Below, piece after piece: positions 59,419 through 64,000 of a DNA stretch of 64,000 bases. Positions within the stretch are counted from its first letter, which is position 1, and the number at the start of each line of letters is the position of its first letter. Origin of the DNA: Candidatus Bathyarchaeota archaeon (GTDB lineage Archaea; Thermoproteota; Bathyarchaeia; 40CM-2-53-6); assembly GCA_963733055.1 (NCBI GenBank), contig CAVTBR010000001.1:1280001-1344000 (forward strand). The letters run 5' to 3'. Below the pieces are notes generated by a model. That model worked only from the letters and a program-made list of their open reading frames with translations. It searched no databases and had not been told where the DNA came from. A program made the translations under genes and the position numbers.

Positions 59419-60462
59419 TTGCGCCCTATGTCGGAAGTTAGGACGGTTGAGTGGGTTAGTGGCCACGTTAGAATGATTGATCAAACTAAGTTACCCTACA
59501 AATTCGTCTATGTTCACCTGAAGAACTACCGCGAGGTAGCCAAGGCCATCCGAGACATGACCGTTCGTGGAGCACCCGCTATTGGTGTAGCCGCCGGCAT
59601 GGGGATGGCACTGGCGGCAAACGCAAACCGGACCAAGACCAGGGAACGACTCATGGCAGAACTTGGCACGGCCGCCGAGACGCTCAAGCAGAGTCGCCCG
59701 ACCGCTCGAAATCTCTTCTGGGCCGTTGAACGGGTTCTTCGGTGCGCTGAAACAACTGTGGGCGACGCTAGCAAAGTGGCAGCAGATGTCGTGAAGGAAG
59801 CCCGGGAAATGGCTGACGAAGATGTTCAATCGAGTCTGAAGATGGGCGAATACGGATCACGTTTGATAGACGGTGGTGATCAGATTCTCACACATTGCAA
59901 TACCGGTACACTCGCCACGGTGAACTACGGGACGGCCTTAGCGCCGATTCGATCCGCCTTTCGGCAAGGAAAGAAGGTGAAGGTGATCGCGACTGAAACC
60001 CGGCCTCGCTTGCAGGGAGCGAAACTAACAACTTACGAGCTACTAAGCGACAAAATTCCAGTGACACTCATTGTGGACGGAGCAGTTGGTTATGTTATGA
60101 GGCAAGGCATGGTCCAGAAGGCGATAGTTGGAGCTGACCGGATTACAAGAAAATTCGTAGCCAACAAGGTGGGAACCTACCTAATCGCGCTAGCCGCTCA
60201 AGCGAATCACGTTCCATTCTACGTCGCTGCCCCGAGCTCCACGTTTGACCTAAAGGGCGAAGGGTCAGAGGTGAAGATCGAAGAGCGAAGTGCGGAGGAG
60301 ATTACGCATATTCTGGGAAAACGAATTGCGCCAGTCGGTGTGCCGGTCTACAACCCTGCGTTCGATCTAACACCCGTGGAATTAGTACGGGGGTTCATAA
60401 CGGAGAAAGGAGTGATAGCCCCAGATAGGCTTGGGGCTGACGCTTCTTTGCTACAGGCCTAA
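59419..60462 (+). CDS. mtnA: Methylthioribose-1-phosphate isomerase (eIF2B-like family)
   Basis: IDQTKLP, VRGAPAIG, SRPTARNL, THCNTGTLAT, ETRPRLQG, NKVGTY, NPAFDLTP. Confidence 0.9.
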   Translation: MRPMSEVRTVEWVSGHVRMIDQTKLPYKFVYVHLKNYREVAKAIRDMTVRGAPAIGVAAGMGMALAANANRTKTRERLMAELGTAAETLKQSRPTARNLFWAVERVLRCAETTVGDASKVAADVVKEAREMADEDVQSSLKMGEYGSRLIDGGDQILTHCNTGTLATVNYGTALAPIRSAFRQGKKVKVIATETRPRLQGAKLTTYELLSDKIPVTLIVDGAVGYVMRQGMVQKAIVGADRITRKFVANKVGTYLIALAAQANHVPFYVAAPSSTFDLKGEGSEVKIEERSAEEITHILGKRIAPVGVPVYNPAFDLTPVELVRGFITEKGVIAPDRLGADASLLQA

Positions 60463-60470
60463 GAAGTCGC

Positions 60471-61220
60471 TTAGGCTTCTTGCAGAGGTTTCTTGCCTAC
60501 TTGCAATACGATTTCTACTGGGCAGTGGGTGACCGATTCGATTCGGCTCTTCCACTCCGATCCCATGCTTATCAAGGCGTACATACCCGTAACTTCGCCC
60601 TTCGCTTTCTGAACAATTCTGGTCAAGGCGATTTGTGTCTCGCCGCTGTCGATGACGTCGTCAACGATGAGCACGCAATCTCCTTTCCTCAATGCATCCC
60701 TTGGCACATAGAGGCTAACCATCATGGCAGTTTTGGCTGGGATGTAGATTTCCTCAATAAACTCTCGCACTCCGACCTCTCTGCTCTTCTTTGCGATGAT
60801 TAGGCCAACGCCTAGTCTGTGCGCGAGCAGAGCGGCAAGTGGAATGCCATCGACTGCTGCGGCTAGGATTTTCGTGATGCGCATGCCGGCGAACGCGTTT
60901 ACTGCATGTTGAACGGCGCGTTCGAGAAGAAGCGTATCGGAGATCAGTTTGGTGTTGTCGAAGTATCCCGCTTCGTCAAAGCGTATCCGCTGCTGAATCT
61001 CGCCCTCAAGGCGCATTATTTTCTGGAGGGTTCGGTTGATGTTCTGTGCTCGGTCGATAGTTGGTAGAACGTGACCTTTGACGTACCTGCTGAGCACTGT
61101 CTCAGGGAGGCCGATGATCTGGGCCAATTCCCTATAAGTGTAATAATTCTTGGCTAGGTTTAGGAGCTCTATCGTCATCAGTTTGTACTTTAGGTCGGAT
61201 ATACGGGAACCTGCTCTCAA
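60471..61220 (-). CDS. HTH-fused purine phosphoribosyltransferase-family protein
   Basis: YTYRELAQIIGLPETVLSRYVKGHVLP and VLIVDDVIDSGET. Confidence 0.85.
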   Translation of the reverse strand: MRAGSRISDLKYKLMTIELLNLAKNYYTYRELAQIIGLPETVLSRYVKGHVLPTIDRAQNINRTLQKIMRLEGEIQQRIRFDEAGYFDNTKLISDTLLLERAVQHAVNAFAGMRITKILAAAVDGIPLAALLAHRLGVGLIIAKKSREVGVREFIEEIYIPAKTAMMVSLYVPRDALRKGDCVLIVDDVIDSGETQIALTRIVQKAKGEVTGMYALISMGSEWKSRIESVTHCPVEIVLQVGKKPLQEA

Positions 61221-61323
61221 GACATTGCCTTCTCTAATTGGTTTGACACGTTAGGATATGCACATGCCCATGGGTCAGCGGTAATAACAGTTTCGACACG
61301 AATTGACAGAAAGAGTAGAGTGG

Positions 61324-61758
61324 CTATTGACCGGTATTTACAACTCCTTGGCTATCTTGGTACTTGCCCGCGTAGGGACGTTGCGTCTTGGTGCCAAGGT
61401 GGTGCAAGACGAGCTGCAAGAACCTATCATTCTTCGCCATTCTGAATTGTGTCGCGGATGCGTTGAAGAGGGAAACCGTTAGTTGACCGCGAAATCCCGG
61501 ATCCACTAACGCCAAACTGGCGAAGATCCCCGACCGGGCAAGTGTTGATCGAATATGCAACGTCCCTGCCAGGCTCTCCCCCATCTCGATTTTTTCCAGC
61601 GTAGCCACGAGGCGGTGTTCGCGTGGCTGAATTGCCAATTCTCTATCTAAACGGAGATCATACCCCGCGCCGTTTAGGCAAGACTGTTCGAACGGTTCGA
61701 TAACGAGCGAGCCGTCCTGGAGGCATTTCTCAATCTCTACGTCGGACAACACCGTCAA
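61324..61758 (-). CDS. dcd: dCTP deaminase
   Basis: LSD...IEPF, AGYDLR, RSTLARSG, VDPGFRGQLT, YAGKYQ. Confidence 0.85.
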   Translation of the reverse strand: MTVLSDVEIEKCLQDGSLVIEPFEQSCLNGAGYDLRLDRELAIQPREHRLVATLEKIEMGESLAGTLHIRSTLARSGIFASLALVDPGFRGQLTVSLFNASATQFRMAKNDRFLQLVLHHLGTKTQRPYAGKYQDSQGVVNTGQ

Positions 61759-62121
61759 AGGGTTACACGGAGACTTGCAGAACTCTTCCCTAGTTAAGAC
61801 CTCTTGAACCGATGCCTAGAGAAAGGGGTCTTGCCTAGATTGTCCAAGGCATTGGCCGAGCTTACCAGCTCTGCTGTGCTGCCAGCCCCCCGCAGAATAT
61901 GTACCTATTCCAGTCGGATCATGGCCATATCCCGAGCGCCCGAACTCGAAAAAGCCCAAGCCGTCTCAAAATACAACGAGCATTGTCACGTCAGAAGGGA
62001 GTCGAACAATTGAGTTTCCTTCAGGTTCGCACATATCCAAACCCCGCGGCGCCATATCGACTTATCACCCTGGTTCCGGTAATTGCGAAGACGCGTGCTC
62101 ACGCTTCAGAAGGCTTCCATT

Positions 62122-62544
62122 ATGTTGAAAGTTGTTCGATTCAAGAAGACTGTTGCGGATAGCATTCTTAGCTATTCCATACACGCGTACCCGAAAGAGG
62201 GGATTCTGCTCTTGCGCGGGAAAGTTATGAAGGATGAAGTTCTGATAACGGAAGTGTTGATCCCTCCCCTCGCCACGCATGGTCACGGTTTTTCCGGCTT
62301 CTCGGGCTTCATGCTTCCGATGGACCTGAGTGTGATTGGCGTCTCGCACTCTCATCCCTCGGGAATTCTGAGGCCTTCAATTCGCGACTTGAACCACTTT
62401 TACGGGAAGATCATGGTGATCGTAGCTCATCCGTTTCAATCTTACAATGACATCGGTGTCTTCAACAGCAACGGCGACAGGCTTCCACATGAGGTTCTCC
62501 CCGATTCTCAGGATTCTGGAACAGAAGTGGCTAATCGATGGTAG
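62122..62544 (+). CDS. JAB1/MPN/Mov34 (JAMM) metalloprotease
   Basis: YPKE plus HSHPSGILRPSIRD JAMM motif. Confidence 0.9.
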   Translation: MLKVVRFKKTVADSILSYSIHAYPKEGILLLRGKVMKDEVLITEVLIPPLATHGHGFSGFSGFMLPMDLSVIGVSHSHPSGILRPSIRDLNHFYGKIMVIVAHPFQSYNDIGVFNSNGDRLPHEVLPDSQDSGTEVANRW

Positions 62545-62654
62545 CTCGTAACCCTCAGAATTTTCTTTTCTTTGTACAACCCAGTTCAGCCGTAAGCTTG
62601 CCCTTTCTCGAGGCGAGGGGTACATTTTAGAAGGTAGCCCTCTAAGGAAAAGAT

Positions 62655-62769
62655 GGGCCCGTAGTCGAGCTAGGATTAAGACACAGAGACACAGCGAAGT
62701 CGTGCAAGCCTTCGGAGTTTCGACAGAGAAAGCCTGGGATCCGGGGTTCGAATCCCCGCGGGCCCGCCA
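62655..62769 (+). tRNA. tRNA-Arg(UCG) with two introns
   Basis: Removing 62687-62707 (29/30) and 62716-62730 (37/38) gives stem CAGGC/GCCTG, loop CTTCGGA, T-arm GGTTCGAATC and a CCA end. Confidence 0.85.
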
Positions 62770-62989
62770 ATTTGCTTAGTCCTATTTGCGAATTCGATGT
62801 TCGCGGCTTTTTCCTCCGTGAGGATTTTCTTTGGATACGTTCCTGATAGCTTGGCTTAGGGCCGGCATTCAGATCGAGAGCAGAATCAATACTTTACTTC
62901 GTCACTGACTCCCGCCAATATTTCTCTATATACCGTTCCCTAAAATTCAGCACAATTGGGCTCTGTGTCAGTGTTTCAGTAGTCGAGGT

Positions 62990-64000
62990 TTGAGTGTCGT
63001 GGTCGCAACTTCACTGTTGCTCCCAATAAGTGCTCTAGGGATTTTCATTCACGCGTTCTTCCTCACGATTTCCTTGGGCTTTCCGTGGGTGATAGGAGGA
63101 TTACTTTTCCAGTGGTGGAGAACTAGAGATCAGGATTACTACGAAGCTGCACGCAACGTTACCGCTGTTCTCGGCCTGAACTTTGCGCTTGGCGCAATAA
63201 CGGGAACTTTGGTTGAATTTGGGCTTGTTCAAGCATGGCCTGGTACAATCTTCGTGATCGCAACCTTCGGCCTCATGCCCCTGACGTTTGAGCTTGTGGC
63301 GTTTATTGGGGAAATCGTAATGCTTGTCTTGTTTGTTGTTACGCTGGGCAAGGTTCGGCCCCTTGCAAGTCTAGGTGTCATGGTGTTCTATGGTGCCTTG
63401 GCCATTCTATCCGGCGCCCTGATAGTGACGGTGAACAGCTGGCTGGGCGTCCCATGGGGGACTGGCAACCTAGCATCAAATCTCTATCCGTTTCTGCCGC
63501 AGTACGGTCCGAGTGCAGCCGACCCGTCGGCCCTGGTCAAGCTGAAACTGGAGCTCATTAAGAATCTGCTCACTACTGGGACCGCATCCCAGGTTTTAGA
63601 AAACCCTAACCTGGTAAAGGCCGTTGGATTAACGCTGAACGACCCATTCGTTGCATTTTCCTCTCCCTACGCATTCGCAAGCGCCCTCCACGCTGTGAAC
63701 GCGGGCATAATCGTTGGCATGTCGTTCGCCCTAATCGGCTACGCTTACAAGATTTTGAAAACTGGGCAAGCTAAGTATGTGAAAATTGTGAAGGCTTTCC
63801 TTCCCATACTGCTCATCCTACTCATACTTCAACCGACGGTGTTCGGCGACGTGATGGGTAAGGCCGTTGCCGCTCAGCAACCTACTAAATTCGCCCTGAT
63901 GGAAGGTGCCTTCAACACGACTCAAAATCCTCTGATTGCTTTCCTAGCTTACGGTGATCCGCATCACTCGATAGTTGGTTTCGATTCGCTGAGCAGGCAA
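62990..64000 (+). CDS. cydA: Cytochrome bd-type quinol oxidase subunit I, runs off window end
   Basis: Manual translation from TTG 62990: GIFIHAFFLTISLG, NFALGAITGTLVEFGL...WP, QPTKFALMEG. Not in ORF track. Confidence 0.88.
   Translation, partial: MSVVVATSLLLPISALGIFIHAFFLTISLGFPWVIGGLLFQWWRTRDQDYYEAARNVTAVLGLNFALGAITGTLVEFGLVQAWPGTIFVIATFGLMPLTFELVAFIGEIVMLVLFVVTLGKVRPLASLGVMVFYGALAILSGALIVTVNSWLGVPWGTGNLASNLYPFLPQYGPSAADPSALVKLKLELIKNLLTTGTASQVLENPNLVKAVGLTLNDPFVAFSSPYAFASALHAVNAGIIVGMSFALIGYAYKILKTGQAKYVKIVKAFLPILLILLILQPTVFGDVMGKAVAAQQPTKFALMEGAFNTTQNPLIAFLAYGDPHHSIVGFDSLSRQ

Noticed and set aside
61760-62120. Possible RNase P or SRP RNA in the dcd-JAMM gap (GAAGGAAACTC on minus, CAGAAGGGAG on plus)
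   Set aside because: The two motifs are on opposite strands and I could not build the P4 pairing or SRP helix 8. An Rfam scan is needed.
1-64000. CRISPR array, cas genes, transposases, integrases, rRNA
   Set aside because: No regularly spaced repeats or recognisable motifs for these were seen.

Overview
Archaeal chromosomal window, by inference a TACK lineage such as Bathyarchaeia. The basis is aIF-5A beside deoxyhypusine synthase, a split archaeal glutamate synthase, a tRNA-splicing endonuclease subunit, BHB-intron tRNAs and PEF/PGF/CFI-box surface-sorting tails. Most of it is housekeeping and metabolic: pyk, apgM, hisS, mtnA, dcd, nadK, nob1, ogg, cydA and a frameshifted citrate synthase. 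It also has two glycosyltransferase loci, several large surface proteins and toxin-antitoxin-type genes at the left end. Most notable: (1) a stand-alone membrane protein with both PmoC/AmoC-type copper-ligand motifs, in a probable operon with an Lrp regulator and divergent from glutamate synthase; (2) two divergent triple-intron tRNAs, a double-intron tRNA and a non-catalytic endonuclease subunit; (3) an integrase-free glycosyltransferase islet bounded by a tRNA-Leu 3'-end direct repeat and tRNA-like 42-bp inverted repeats, next to a probable S-layer gene; (4) two small genes missing from the ORF track, a 35%-Tyr peptide and a protamine-like 49% R/K protein, plus SET and SWIB-like proteins; (5) at least three conserved genes that seem to need CTG/ATT starts. 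All family calls come from motif recognition by eye, not database searches.
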